Shown here: in pieces, positions 11,847 to 25,445 of the stretch | Position numbering within the stretch: position 1 is the first letter of the stretch | Layout of the letters: each line of letters opens with the position of its first letter | DNA from: Octopus sinensis | Taxonomy: Eukaryota | Direction: 5' to 3' | DNA: 64,000 nucleotides | Assembly: GCF_006345805.1 (NCBI RefSeq) | Contig: NC_043022.1 | Location: 5,642,001-5,706,000, forward strand | Notes under the pieces: model-generated | Database searches by the model: none | What the model was told of the DNA's origin: nothing | Seen by the model: the letters and a program-made list of their open reading frames with translations, nothing else | Program-made: the position numbers and the translations under genes

Positions 11847-12899
11847 AGGGCAGCAGGTCCGTGAGCTGGCAGAATTGTTAATGTTGTACTATGAGTCCTG
11901 GCACTTTATGTCCTGAGTTCAAATCCTGCCGAAGTCGGCTTCACCTTTCATCCTTACAGGGTCAATAAAATAAGGTACCAGTCAAGTACTGGGGGGGAGG
12001 GTCCAACATAATCAACTTACCCCCCCTCCCTCAAAATTGTAAGTCACATGTCTAAATTAAAATTCCATTATTATTACAAGGGTAGTGAACAGGACAAAAT
12101 GCCTAGTGGTATTTATTGTGTCCCATAACATTCGGAGATCAAATCCTGCTGATGTCACCTTTGTCTTTCATTCCTTCAGGAATCAATAAAATAAAGTACC
12201 AGTTGAATACTGGGGTCAATCTAACTAACAACCCTCTCCCAACCATTTTTAATCTCATGCCAAAGAGACACATTTGGTATTGTTTATCCCTACACCTGCC
12301 TGATTGTGATGATCTGTGACCAGGCTTTCCATCTGTGACGATCTCGTCTTTTCTCTAGATGACATTATTTTATGTGTCCATCCATTTCTAAAACACTTTA
12401 GAGTGGTTTGGTTGCTATTTCTAGCAGGTGTATTAGTGCATAGTGGTTCCCTTGAGTGGTTATTTTTGTTGTTTAGCCCTAGGCTGTACTTAACTTAGCA
12501 GACCTATATTCAAAAGCATACCAGCCATGCCCATCCTGACTTTTTCCAAGACCATATTCCATGTGTTTGCTTCCAAGACAGAACAGTGGAATTAGGAGTT
12601 TGACTGCTATTTCTAGCAAATTAAGAGACCATGTATGCGGTGAGCATGAAATTAATGATGGTGACAATTTTGGTGATGGTGATGATGATGATGTTGATGT
12701 TAGCATTAATTATTGATAACGAACATGAAACTAATGAGTTTATTGATTCCATCGTGTGGTGTCTTCCATAAACAACACGATGACAATGACAACTATTTGA
12801 CAATTATTGCAAAAGAATGGAGGCTTAGAGGAGGGGGGGAGGTTGTGTGTGTGTGGGAGAGAGATCAATGACAAACATTGATTTTATCAGATGAAGTAT

Positions 12900-13410
12900 A
12901 ACTGATGATGATGATGATGACAATGAAAATGGTGGTGATGGTGATGATGATGGTGGTGATAACGGTTGTAGCGATGGTGATGGTGGTGGTGGTAGTGGTG
13001 GTGATGGAGGTGATGGTGGTGGTGGTGGTGGTGATGGAGGTGATGGTGGTGGTAGTGGTGGTGATGGAGGTGATGGTGGTGGTGGTGGTGGTGGTAGTGG
13101 TGGTGATGGAGGTGATGGTGGTGGTGGTGGTGGTGGTGGTGGTGGTGGTGGTAGTGGTGGTGATGAGTGGTGGTGGTAGTGGTGGTGGTGGTGGTGATGG
13201 AGGTGATGGTGGTGGTGGTGGTAGTGGTGGTGGTGATGGTGGTGGTGGTGGTGGTGGTGGTGGTGGTGGTGGTAGTGGTGGTGATGGAGGTGATGGTGGT
13301 GGTGGTGGTGGTGGTGATGGTGGTGGTGGTGGTGGTGGAGGTGATGGTGGTGAGTGGTGGTGGTGGTGTGGTGATGGTGGTGAGTGGTGGTGGTGGTGGA
13401 GGTTCTTCAA
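12900..13410. repeat. (GGT/GAT)n array
   Basis: Directly visible; source of the poly-P/V/T ORFs. Confidence 0.95.
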
Positions 13411-13537
13411 TACGGAGGCAGTAGGTCTGAATTTTTAAAAATTAATTCACTTATGAATGTCGAGAACAAAATCTTAATGAGAAATTAACAAAGAACATAT
13501 GCGGGTGGGTGTATGTGTATATAAATGTGCAAATATA

Positions 13538-13570
<33 letters not shown>

Positions 13571-13760
13571 AAGAGAGTAGTTTACATCTGTATGTGAAAC
13601 GCATAAGCTAAAATTGTTTATACATTTTTTATAATTATATGAATACCAATACAGTACCATATTATTATTATTATTATTATTATCATTATTATTGTTATTT
13701 TTATCATTATTATTATTATTATTACCATTATTATTCTTACTACCATTATTATTAACATTA

Positions 13761-13794
<34 letters not shown>

Positions 13795-15602
13795 ATATTT
13801 GTGCAGTGATTTTTGTGTGTGTAGAACTAATTATGAAGTATAAATGTATTTGACTAAATCTAAAGTGGAAGGACTACGATTGCACGTACACACACACACA
13901 CACACGTTTGCAATTTGGATCAGTCTCCGAGCCATGTGTGCCAGATTCCAAGAGCTAAGTATGCACGTATATCTTCATTAAAACACTGGCTGTTATGCAA
14001 AAGCCCCTAAAATGCTGTAAGCCTACATTTACAAGCACGCCTTCTTCTGCATCCCTTTGCACAAAGCACAGCAACAGACGTATTGTCAGGAAGTAGGGTA
14101 AAAATGCTGTTGCTTCCTTTACCAACATTTTAACATGTGTTTGTTTAGACAAACCCAGTTTTTTTTATTCCCCAAAAGCAATCTAACCCCATTTCCTTCG
14201 CTTGGCCACATCCTACAAAGACCAGTAGGTGTGAGGGTTTCTTTTTTTTTGTTTCGCTTTACATAAATCTTCCTCTTTAAGCCATCTTTAGTACATGTGT
14301 CTTCTACAGTGAGGAACTTTTTTATGAAGAAATAAAGTGCTATAATCAATCAGATAAGACACCCAGAGAAGAAACTGAGAAATAAAAGCAAAAAACATGG
14401 AAAGGAAAAGAGAAAAGAAAAAAAGATGATGGACGGAAGCATAAGGTCAATGTATTACATGGTGAAGGAAAGGAAGAATTACTGATATTTTGGGCAGTTT
14501 GTCCTTTGTCAAGATAGATGGGAGGAAAAGGGCAAGAGAAGGGGGGAAATGTATATAAAGAAAAATAGAAACGAGGGAGTGTTTTTGAAAGCGGCTGTAA
14601 AATCAATATCTCATTCTTTCTCTTTCAAGACATAACACATTGATTTGGTTCTTTCATTAGGTTTTTATTTGTTTCCCCGCTTGTTTTTGTTTTATATAAA
14701 TATATATATAAAACCATTTTAACAGCGATTCTCAAAGTGGCTACAGCTATGAATAATAGCAGGTAATATATAGATCGGGATGAAGGCAGCAATCTGGCAG
14801 AATTGTTAACAAACTTGGCAAAGGAGCTTCTATGCAGTAATATACCTGCTAGAAATAGCAACCAAATCACACTAAATTGTTTTAAAACTGCAAGAACACA
14901 TAAAGTAATGTTATCTAGAGAAAAGGTGAGATGGTCACAGATGGAAAGCCTAATCACAGATCATCAACAATAGTCTCTCGGGCACATGATCGGAAAAGGT
15001 GTGGGGATGAAGCTTGTTAATTGAATTGACCCCAGTATTCAACTGGTATTCTATTTTATTGATTCCTGGAGGAATGACAGACAAAGATGATGTCAGCAGG
15101 GTTTGATCTCAGAATGTAATGGGACAGGATAAATACCACAAGGCATTTTGTCCTGTTTACTAACAATTCAGCTTAAAATGTTTAGCAGCATTTCATCCAA
15201 CTTCACATTCTGAGTTCAAATTCCACTGAGGTCAACTTTGCCTTTTACCCTTTCAGGGTCAATAAATTAAGTACCAGTTGGGTACTGGGGGGCGGGGTGA
15301 TGTAATTGACTTAACCATTCCTTCAAGATTGCTGGCCTTGTACCATAATTTAAAATCAATATATAAGTGGTGCAGACGCAACTATTGCCGCCCCTCTCTC
15401 CCTTCCTTGTGTCACCAGTCCACATATAAAATCATCTAGCGACCCCTACACTCCCAGCCAGTACGGCCCACTTTCAGAAGCATTGTGCTATGTAAATATT
15501 AGCCATGAACAATTCTTAGTTGATCCAAATGGTGGATGTTTGCCATCTCTTCACATCATAAAACATTAAATGAAGATTTGTGAATTAGTTGTTAAAAATA
15601 GT

Positions 15603-15755
15603 AGGCACGGCTGTGTGGTAAGAAGCTTGCTTCCCATTCACATGGTTCTGGGTTCAGTCCTGCTGTGTGGAACCTTGGGCAAGTGTCTTCTACTATAGCC
15701 TCGGACAGACCAAAGCCTAGTGAATGGATTTGGTTGATGGAAACTGAAAGAAGCC

Positions 15756-15794
<39 letters not shown>

Positions 15795-16010
15795 TGTGTG
15801 TCTTTGTGACTGTTTGTTCTCCTACCACTGTTTGACAAGTGTTGGTGTGTTTATGTCCCCATAACTTAGCAATTTGACAAAAGAGGACAATAGAATAAGG
15901 TTTCTAAAAAACATAAGTCCTGGGGTTAATCCATTTGACTAAATATTCTTCAAAGAGGTGCTCCAGCATGGTCACAGTCTAATGCCTGAAACAAGCAAAA
16001 GATAAAAGAT
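15603..16010 (+). mobile_element. SINE-A, diverged copy
   Basis: Colinear with the family consensus. Confidence 0.85.
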
Positions 16011-16561
16011 AAATTCCAGTTTGACAGGAGCCAAAATAAAAGTTGGAACCATTACAGAACATCGAATGAGACCAATTATGGAGAGGCATCCCCTGAGAAC
16101 ACATAGAAGCATAAAACATGATAATAATTGTTCCACCAAATTGAGGAAACTTTACGCTCTTAGATTTATGGGGTTCCTGATACATCCGGCTCAACAAAGG
16201 ACCAATTCTACTTTGCCTTCCCTAGTTTTTCTCTGTCGTTACTTCAAGAATGAATTTACAACTACGTCAAAAGATAAAAGCACAAACAAACGAGAGATTG
16301 TTTTCTTATCAAGCCTATTGGTCATACAATATATTGAAGGCATTTCCATTTTGTTATGTGATACAACGCCACACCTATTCCATGTGTCACCATGTTCTCT
16401 CTCTCCCCCATCTCTCTCTCTCCCTCTCAGACATTCTATCATGCTCTTCTTTCAGCTTGCTACTCCTCCCACCGCCACATTATTCCTCCCCTACCCCCAA
16501 CAATCATACAGATGCATGTATTACATCATTCACAGACATAGCAAGTTATAATAAATGATGT

Positions 16562-16654
16562 CAACATGGTGAAGGTTTCCACCAAGACATTAGCCAAGAG
16601 AGAAAGTTTTACAAAAGGCAATGGAGTTGCTCGATGCCCAGATGTCGCAACTGG
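16562..16654 (+). pseudogene. DNA-transposon transposase C-terminal remnant
   Basis: QHGEGFHQDISQERKFYKRQWSCSM resembles the E(Q/H)GERFHQDI..ME.RYQG.W...M motif of invertebrate cut-and-paste transposases; superfamily not assigned. Confidence 0.5.
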
Positions 16655-17099
16655 AATAAAACCTGAAATAATTCAAAAGTAAAGCATAATAGAATATCAA
16701 GCACAGCCATTTCTAAAGTGCCAGGACACATCTTCATAATACAGTGCTTCTTAAAGTGAGTGGTATCAACCAGTGGAAGAATGGGTTATATGCAGGGCCA
16801 CTTCAGCAGCCTTATAGGTTCCTGGGCAAATCAATGTGCTGGACCCTTTAGAGGAAACATAGATTAGAAGTGGGCTCCTAGACACATGAGACTCCCACGC
16901 AAATCAATACACTGGACCCTGTACTATTTATTGACAGCAACTCACAGCGTACATAAATCAGAATTGGGCCCCTAGATCTGTGAGGCTGCTGGTAAAATCA
17001 ATACAGAGGGCCCTATAGCATTTATTTATTGACAGCAAACCACAGCATGCATTGATCAGAACTGGGTCCCTATATCTGCTTTTTACAGACCACCAGCAC

Positions 17100-17700
17100 G
17101 GAAGCTAGTCAGGGGGCACTGGCACTGACCACGTTCAGATGGTGCATTTTATGTGCCACCAGAATGGGAGCTAGTCAGGGGGCACTGGTCATAACTACGA
17201 TTTTGGTTTTACTTGACTCAACAGGTCTTCTCAAGCATATCATATCACTCAACACATCAAGGGTACTTTTAAATGGGCCAGACATTCTGCACTGGCATCG
17301 GCCATGGCTGCAATCTCACTTTAGTTACTGGCTCTTCCCAATCACAGCATATCTCCAAAGGTCCCGGTCTCCTGTCATTGCCTTTGTGAGGCCCAATGTT
17401 CGAAGGTCATGCTTCACCACCTCATCATCATCATCATCATCATCGTTTAGCGTCCGTTTTCCATGCTAGCATGGGTTGGACGGTTCAACTGGGGTCTGTG
17501 AAGCCAGAAGGCTTCATCAGGCCCAGTCAGATCTGGCAGTGTTTCTACGGCTGGATGCCCTTCCTAACGCCAACCACTCCGTGAGTGTAGTGGGTGCTTT
17601 TTACGTGCCACCCGCACAGGTGCCAGACAGAGCTGGCAAACGGCCACGAACAGATGGTGCTTTTTATGTGCCACCGGCACGGGGGCCAGGCGAGGCTGGC
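17100..17700 (-). mobile_element. RTE LINE 3' end with a nested SINE-D copy (about 17425-17700)
   Basis: Reverse complement of ..KHDLRTLGLTKAMTGDRDLWRYAV; the nested element ends in gacgctaaacgatgatgat. Confidence 0.8.
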
Positions 17701-18062
17701 AATATTATTATTACTACGAAGGTAGCAAGCTGACCGAATCATTAGCAAGCCAGAAAAATGCTTAGCAACATTTTATCCATCTTTACATTGTGAGTTCAAA
17801 TTTTGGTGAGGTAGACTTTGCTTTTCACCCTTTCAAGGTCAATAAAACAAATACCAGTTGAGCACGGAAATCAATGTAATCAACATACCCCCTTCCCCAA
17901 TATTGCTGGCCTTGTGCCAGAATTTCTAAAAGAAGGCAATGAACCATTAGCAAAGCCGGGCAAAATACCAAACGGTCTCTCAAGTGTGTTTATGTTCTGA
18001 TTTGAAACTCTGCCAAAGTCAACTTTGCCTTTTGTGCTTTCAGGGTTGATAGAATAAGTACC

Positions 18063-18476
18063 TATTTCTTTATTACCCACAAGGGGCTAAACACAGAGGG
18101 GACAAACAAGGACAGACATAGGTATTAAGTCGATTACATCGACCACAGTGCGTAACTGGTACTTAATTTATCGACCCCGAAAGGATGAAAGGCAAAGTCG
18201 ACCTCGGCGGAATTTGAACTCAGAACGTAACGGCAGACGAAATACCTATTTCTTTATTACCCACAAGGGGCTAAACACAGAGGGGACAAACAAGGACAGA
18301 CATAGGTATTAAGTCGATTACATCGACCACAGTGTGTAACTGGTACTTAATTTATCGACCCCGAAAGGATGAAAGGCAAAGTCGACCTCGGCGGAATTTG
18401 AACTCACAACGTAATGCAGACGAAATACCGCTAAGCATTTCGCCCGGCGTGCTAACGTTTCTACCAGCTTGCCGCC
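18063..18476 (-). mobile_element. Young SINE-B with an internally duplicated 184-bp body, inserted into an older SINE-B
   Basis: Head GGCGGCAAGCTGGTAGAAACGTTAGC at 18476; identical 18-bp TSD gttgatagaataagtacc at 18045-18062 and 18477-18494. Confidence 0.9.
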
Positions 18477-19394
18477 GTTGATAGAATAAGTACCAGCTGA
18501 GCACTGGTGTTGATGTAATCAACCATGCCCATCCCTCAAATTTCAGCCCTTGTCCTTATAATGGAAAGGGTTGTTATTATTACGGCAGCAAAGACAGCAA
18601 ACTGGCAGAATCGTTACCATGCTGGACAAAATGCAAAGCAGCTTTTCATCTGTCAATACATTCTGAGTTCAAATTCCACTGAGGTTACTTTGCCTTTCAC
18701 CTTTTTGGGGATCAATGAAATAATTACCAAACCACTAGGTCACAGGGACGTAAACACACCAACACCGGTTGTCAAGTAGCGACAGGGGACAAACACAAAG
18801 ACACACACAGATACATATACGATGGGCTGATGTAATCAACTGTGGTCAATGTCATCTACTCTGCTCATCCCTCAAAACAAGGGTCTTTGTAATCAACTAT
18901 GCCAGCCCCTCAAAATTTCATCCTTTGTCCCTATAATAGAAAGGATTAATATTATGAAGGTAGCAAACAGGTGGAACTGTTGTTGTGTTGGACGACAACC
19001 TCCGACTTTCCTGGGTTGATAAAATAAGTACCAGTAGCATACTGGGGTCGATGTAATCAACTATCACCTTCCCCTCAAATTTACCTATAGTAGAAAGAAA
19101 TATTTAATGACAGAAATGTTAGCCTAACATTCTATAATAATCCTTAATTTTTTTTTTACTAAAGGTACAAAGCCTCAAATTTGGGAGGAGGAAACTAGCT
19201 GGTTACATCAACCCCAATGTTTCACTGGTACTTAATTAATCAACTGTGAAAGGATGAAAGACAAAGTCGACCTCAGCGGAATTTGAACTCAGAACGTAGC
19301 AATGGACAAAATACCACAAAGCATTTTGTCCAGCATGCTAATGATTCTGCCAGCTTGCCGCCTTTTACCATTCCATAATAATATTGGTAAAATG

Positions 19395-19850
19395 ACTTAT
19401 GTACAAGTAATCTACAATGGACGAGGACAGCTGTGTAAAGAAGTGTCGATCTCTAACTGTGGAGGGAACCTGTCGAAGAGGTAGACCCAGGAAGACATGG
19501 GATGAGGTGGTGAAGCATGATCTTTGAACGTTGGACCTCACCAAGGCAAATGACAAGTGACCGAGACCATTGGCGGTATGCCGTGCTTGAGAAGACTCGT
19601 CAAGCCAAGGGAAATTGTAGTCATGGCTGACGCCAGTATCATGTAACTGGTGTCTGTATCAGTGGCACATAAAAGCATCCATTGCACTCCTGGAGTGTTT
19701 GGTGTTAAGAAGGGCCTCCAGCTGTAGAAACCATGCCAAATCCGACTGTAAGTTGGTGCAGCTCTCCAGATTATCAGCTCCAGTCAAACTGTCTGACCCA
19801 GGCCAGCATGAAAAGCAGATATTAAATGATGATGATGATGATGATTTTTC
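19395..19850 (+). mobile_element. RTE-clade LINE 3' end including the 3'UTR
   Basis: MDEDSCVKKCRSLTVEGTCRRGRPRKTWDEVVKHDL..DRDHWRYAVLEKTRQAK; the 3'UTR ends in (GAT)n and matches the SINE-D body. Confidence 0.85.
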
Positions 19851-20395
19851 TTATCATCATCGTCATCATTTGATGTCCATCTTCCCTGTTAGCATGGGTT
19901 GGACAGTTTGACGGAGTCTGGCAAGCCGCAAGACTGCTCTGAGTCCCAGTATCTGCTTTGGCATAGCCTCTACAGCACAATTCCCTTCCTAATTGCAACC
20001 ACATTACAATGGGTAATGGGTGCTTTTTTTTCATGCCACTTACACTGATCAACTTCAAGTTTCAATACAGTTCCTCAAAATTGCCACTCAGAGAGACTGA
20101 ACCCAAAACCTAATGGTTAGAAAGCAAACTACATAACCACACAGCCAACTCTGCATTATTTGAGCTAAACCAGAGAAGTGTATTATTATGTTAGAATACA
20201 GACATCAAAATAATGAGACTCAGCTAATATTATATTATAGCTAATAGTATAACTAATTATATGCTGCATTGATACTAAAACAGGATTAAGCAACTAATCT
20301 GTTATAATTGCTTTTAATTAAAACCATTATGAGACGCAATTTTCATTGTGATAATTATTCCATAAGCTTTTTATTTCTAGAGTAAACAAAAAATA

Positions 20396-21051
20396 GACAG
20401 ATAAAATCTCTCTCTCTCTCTCTCTCTTTATATATATTCTTTTATTCTTTTATTTGTTTCAGTCATTTGACTGTGGCCATACTGGAGCACTGCCTTTAGT
20501 CAAACAAATCGACCCCAGGACTTTCTTTGCAAGCCTAGTACTTATTCTATTGGTCACTTTTGCCGAACTGCTAGGTTACAGGGACATAAACACATCAACA
20601 TCGGTTGTCAAGCGATGGCGGGGGGTGGGTACAAACACAGACACACAAATACATACATACATACATATATATGATGGGCTTCTTTCAGTTTCCATCAACC
20701 AAATCCACTCACAAGGCTTTGGTCGGCACCAGGCTATAGTAGAAGAGACACTTGCCCAAGGGACCACACAGTGAGACTGAACCCAGAACCATGTGGTTGG
20801 GAAGCCAGCTTCTTACCACCAGCCACTCCTGCACCTGCTATATATATATATATATATAGTAAAATCAATAAATGAACATTAGAAATAACAATAACAACAA
20901 GAGGATGAGCACATGGAATGTATTATTTTGACACTTGGTAGAAAGAAAGAGCTTTTGATATTTTGAGCATAACTCATCATCGGAAAAGAAAATGGAAAAC
21001 GTTCAAGGAAGAGAAACAGCACACACATGGTTACATACTGTATACACACAC

Positions 21052-21136
<85 letters not shown>

Positions 21137-21351
21137 TACATATATATGTTCACATACAGATTAAAAGAGAGGGGTGGATAGACAGATGGATAGACAGACA
21201 GAGAGATAGCTGCAAATAAGGCAAGAGAGAATGCTAAAGATAGATGTTACAGACAGCTTTAGAGATATATAAAGAGGGAGAGAAAGAGACAGGCACAGAA
21301 AGAAATAGAAACAGAGACAGATAAATCTCTCTCTCTCTCTCTCTGTCTTCC

Positions 21352-21395
<44 letters not shown>

Positions 21396-21802
21396 ATATA
21401 TATTCTTTTATTCTTTTATTTGTTTCAGTCATTTGACTGTGGCCATACTGGAGCACTGCCTTTAGTCAAACAAATCGACCCCAGGACTTTCTTTGCAAGC
21501 CTAGTACTTATTCTATTGGTCACTTTTGCCGAACTGCTAGGTTACAGGGACATAAACACATCACATCGGTTGTCAAGCGATGGCGGGGGGTGGGTACAAA
21601 CACAGACACACAAATACATACATACATACATACATATATGATGGGCTTCTTTCAGTTTCCATCAACCAAATCCACTCACAAGGCTTGGTCGGCACCAGGC
21701 TATAGTAGAAGAGACACTTGCCAAGGGACCACACAGTGAGACTGAACCCAGAACCATGTGGTTGGAAGCCAGCTTCTTACCACCAGCCACTCCTGCACCT
21801 GC

Positions 21803-21858
<56 letters not shown>

Positions 21859-22058
21859 TATATATAGTAAATCAATAAATGAACATTAGAAATAACAATA
21901 AGAACAAGAGGATGAGCACATGGAATGTATTATTTTGACACTTGGTAGAAAGAAGAGCTTTTGATATTTTGAGCATAACTCATCATCGGAAAAGAAAATG
22001 GAAAACGTTCAAGGAAGAGAAACAGCACCACACATGGTTACATACTGTATACACACAC

Positions 22059-22101
<43 letters not shown>

Positions 22102-22291
22102 ATATATACAGATACATATATATGTTCACATACAGATTAAAAGAGAGGGGTGGATAGACAGATGGATAGACAGACAGAGAGATAGCTGCAAATAAGGCAA
22201 GAGAGAATGCTAAAGATAGATGTTACAGACAGCTTTAGAGATATATAAAGAGGGAGAGAAAGAGACAGGCACAGAAAGAAATAGAAACAGA
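20396..22291. repeat. Direct tandem duplication (920 bp + 976 bp), each unit carrying a minus-strand SINE-A
   Basis: Units start at 20396 and 21316, with a third start at 22292; differences are mostly 1-bp indels and (TA)n length. Confidence 0.9.
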
Positions 22292-22328
22292 GACAGATAA
22301 ATCTCTCTCTCTCTCTCTCTGTCTTTCC

Positions 22329-22360
<32 letters not shown>

Positions 22361-22369
22361 CTGACAATC

Positions 22370-22770
22370 TGTCATTTACAATGGCAAGTGCTCCAACTGA
22401 TTTGATCAATGGAACAAGCTGCTTGTGAAATTTAAATGCAAGTGGCTGAGTACTCCACGGACACACATACCTTTTACATAGTTCTTGGAGAGTTCAGTGT
22501 GACATGGAATGTGTCATGGGTGGCCCCTTTGGAATTACAGGTACAGCTCATGTTTGAGCAAAACACTTTATTTCTCACTGATCCAGTCCGCTCAGCTGGC
22601 AAGAATGAGTCGTACCTGTATTTCAAAAGGGCCAGCCCTGTCACACTCTGTGTCATGCTGAATCTCCCTGAAATCCACATTAAGGGTATGCATGTGTCTG
22701 TGGAATACTCAGCCACTTGCATGCTAATTTCACAAGCAGGCAGTTCTGATGATTGCATCAACTGTCATAA
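22370..22770 (-). mobile_element. SINE-C family copy (with internal duplication)
   Basis: Reverse complement matches 58255-58550 (gctccagtccactcagctggcaaaatgag..ctcagccacttgcatgttaatttcac). Confidence 0.75.
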
Positions 22771-22836
22771 CCAGCAGAGAGCCAGAAAGCTAAACAGCTG
22801 TACGTAAAGAGTGAAAGGGAGGACCATAGATTAGAT

Positions 22837-23055
22837 CAGTGGTTTTCAACCAGAGTTCCGCGGAACCTTAGAGTTCCACCAGTACAGTCCAGGGGTTCCG
22901 CAAGAAGTTACAAAAATGCTAAAATCGGCAGTAATTTTTAATTTTCCTGTGCAGATATGTGTGCATAAGACAATTAAATTATTGCACAGGGGTTCCTCGA
23001 GCCAGTGGAATGCTTCCTTGGGGTTCCGCTCCAGCAAAAAGTTTGAAAAGCACTG
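22837..23055. mobile_element. hAT (Charlie-like) MITE
   Basis: TIRs cagtggttttcaa / ttgaaaagcactg (1 mismatch); 8-bp TSD gattagat/tattagat. Confidence 0.85.
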
Positions 23056-23074
23056 TATTAGATAGATAATAACA

Positions 23075-24140
23075 TTCACAGACACGGCAGAGTTGGGACC
23101 TATTTGCATTGGAAGATATGCCAACACTATGGAATAACAACAGAAAAAAGATGGTACAGGCACACCCCAGAAAAGGTCACAAGAAATGAGACAGCAACCA
23201 TACTACGGGATATGCCAATACACACAGATAGAGAAATTAAGGCTAATAGGCTGGATATAGTTGTCAGAGATCACCCAGAAAAAAAATTCTTCCTAATCGA
23301 TATATCATTATCAACAGATGACAATGTTTCTGTAAAACAGGAGTGGGAGACTTTTTAGTGCAGTATATAATAATTTCCATTGAAAAAATGTCCGTGGGCA
23401 GACCACAAATTATAACTCTTATATCTGTGTAAATCCTGTATCTATCTATGTATAATTCCATATACATTAATAAAGAGAAGTTTAACGCATTAAATTAACG
23501 CCTAACATCTTCAATAACGCCGCCACTGGATTTAGGACGTTTATATTACTTATGAGGTATTCTATATTCTTCATCTAGAGTGTAGTTGGGTCTCAAGGGG
23601 GTGGTACAAACCTAGCAATATGTGTTTTGTAGTGAAAACAAAATTTCCATTCAAATGGCAATTACCGGACGATTTCTGACCGTTTTAAGTCGTAGTGGAA
23701 ACGTGACCTATGTCGCAAATAGACATATGAATATTGTATAAATTTTATGATTGAGAAATTTATTATATTTTGTACATACAATTGTACCCACGGGTGGGGG
23801 TTACCCCCACCCCCCCAAAAAGAAATAGAGAAACTTTCAAAATAGAAAAATCTGGAAATAGAGGTAACTCAATGTGGAGTCTGAAAACAAACAATTCCTA
23901 TTATAGTAGGAGCATTAGGTATGATAAAAAGTATTCAGACAAATACATAACAAAAACACCAGGACTAACAAGTATATATAACATACAGAAAATTGCACTA
24001 CTGGGCACCGCACACATCCTACATCATACGCTTTCAATAGAGGGAAAATAAGAGCACCACAACAAACCACAGCACATACCCCAAGCACACAGAGCTGGGC
24101 TTGGTAGTGAAGTGAAAGCACATGATAAAAATAAGACTAG
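23075..24140 (+). mobile_element. R4/Dong-clade LINE 3' fragment split by a ~480-bp insertion (23337-23816)
   Basis: YLHWKICQHYG..WY.HTPEKV..ILRDMPIHTDREIKANRLDIVVRD..FLIDIS..DDNVSVK, resuming at 23817 (..IQKIALLGTAHIL..LS); ends in an AAT-rich tail. Confidence 0.85.
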
Positions 24141-24159
24141 TGAATAATGATAATCATCA

Positions 24160-24525
24160 TCAGTTTAGCGTCGGCTTTCCATGCTGGCATGGGTTGGACG
24201 GTTCAACTGAGGTCTGTGAAGCTGGAAGGCTTCGTCAGGCCCAGTCAGATCTGGCAGTGTTTCTACGGCTGGATGCCCTTCCTAACGCCAACCATTCCGT
24301 GAGTGTAGTGGGTGTTTTTTACGTGCCACCTGCACAGGTGCCAGACAGAGCTGGCAAACGGCCACGAACGGACAGTGCTTTTATGTGTCACCGGCACGGG
24401 GCCAGGCGATGCTGGCAACGGACACGAACGGATGGTGCTTTTACGTGCCACCGACACGGGGCCAGACAGAGCTGGCAAACGGCCACGAACGGATGGTGCT
24501 TTTACGTGTCACCGGCACGGGGGCC
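24160..24525 (-). mobile_element. SINE-D (RTE-3'UTR-derived) with three internal ~60-bp repeats
   Basis: Reverse complement of ggcgttaggaagggcatccagccgtagaaa..ccagcatggaaagc.gacgctaaa.gatgat. Confidence 0.85.
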
Positions 24526-24872
24526 TAATAATAATAATAATAATAATAATAACAACAACAATAATAATCCTTTCTATTATAGGCACAATGCCTGAAATTT
24601 GTGAGAGGGAGTAAATCGATTATGTCGAACCCAGTGTTTTACTGGTACTTAATTTATCAAACCCGAAAGGATGAAAAGGAAAGTCGACCTTGGTGGAATT
24701 TGAACTCAGAATGTAAAGACAGGCAAAATACTGTTAAGCATTTTACCCAGCATGTTAACGATTCTGCCATCTCACCACCTAATAATAATAATAATATTAA
24801 TAATAATAATATTAATAATAATTTAGGCACAAGACCAGTAATTTTAGAGGGGAAGAAGAAGAAGAAGAAGAA

Positions 24873-24905
<33 letters not shown>

Positions 24906-25412
24906 GGGAGGAGGAGGAACCATGGTACTAACCATTGTTGAGTAAACAAAGAGAATATGTAATTGTCTGCAAATTACAATAACTGTTATTTAATAATGCC
25001 GTAGTTGGTTCCTACAACTGTAGAGAAACAGCATTACACCATTGCTGAATGTGAAGAATTCAGCAGATTCCGGAAGCGAGGGGGTGGGGCAGAACAAGAG
25101 AAATAAAATTACCAAATTCCTAAGACATCCTGCGTAAGGGTTACGTAAAGGTTAATCTAATTTAGGAAATGGGATTTGGTGATCGCAGCTGAGAATTAAG
25201 AAAGAACTGAATTAATTATGTGGATGAGTGGTCCTGAAGATATTACTGGTATAAATGACATAAGTTTGGAATTCGAATGGAGGAAAGGAATTAAAATATG
25301 AAACCAGGTGGTGTTGAAACGTGTGCAGCAGGAAGTTAATTTGTTTGGCACCAAACCTGTGAAAAGTAGCAACTAATACAAAATGCAGTTGTGTTTTTAT
25401 AAGCAGTTATGT

Positions 25413-25445
<33 letters not shown>

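Noticed and set aside
15979-16197. Minus ORF with GGTIIIMFYASMCSQGMPL, spaced like SLC6 TM2
   Set aside because: Flanking conserved motifs (WRFP, ELxLGQ) are absent, there is no usable donor, and the ORF runs into a SINE tail.
16021-16551. 176-aa plus ORF
   Set aside because: Non-ATG start, no recognisable domain, runs through a (CT)n tract, no convincing splice sites.
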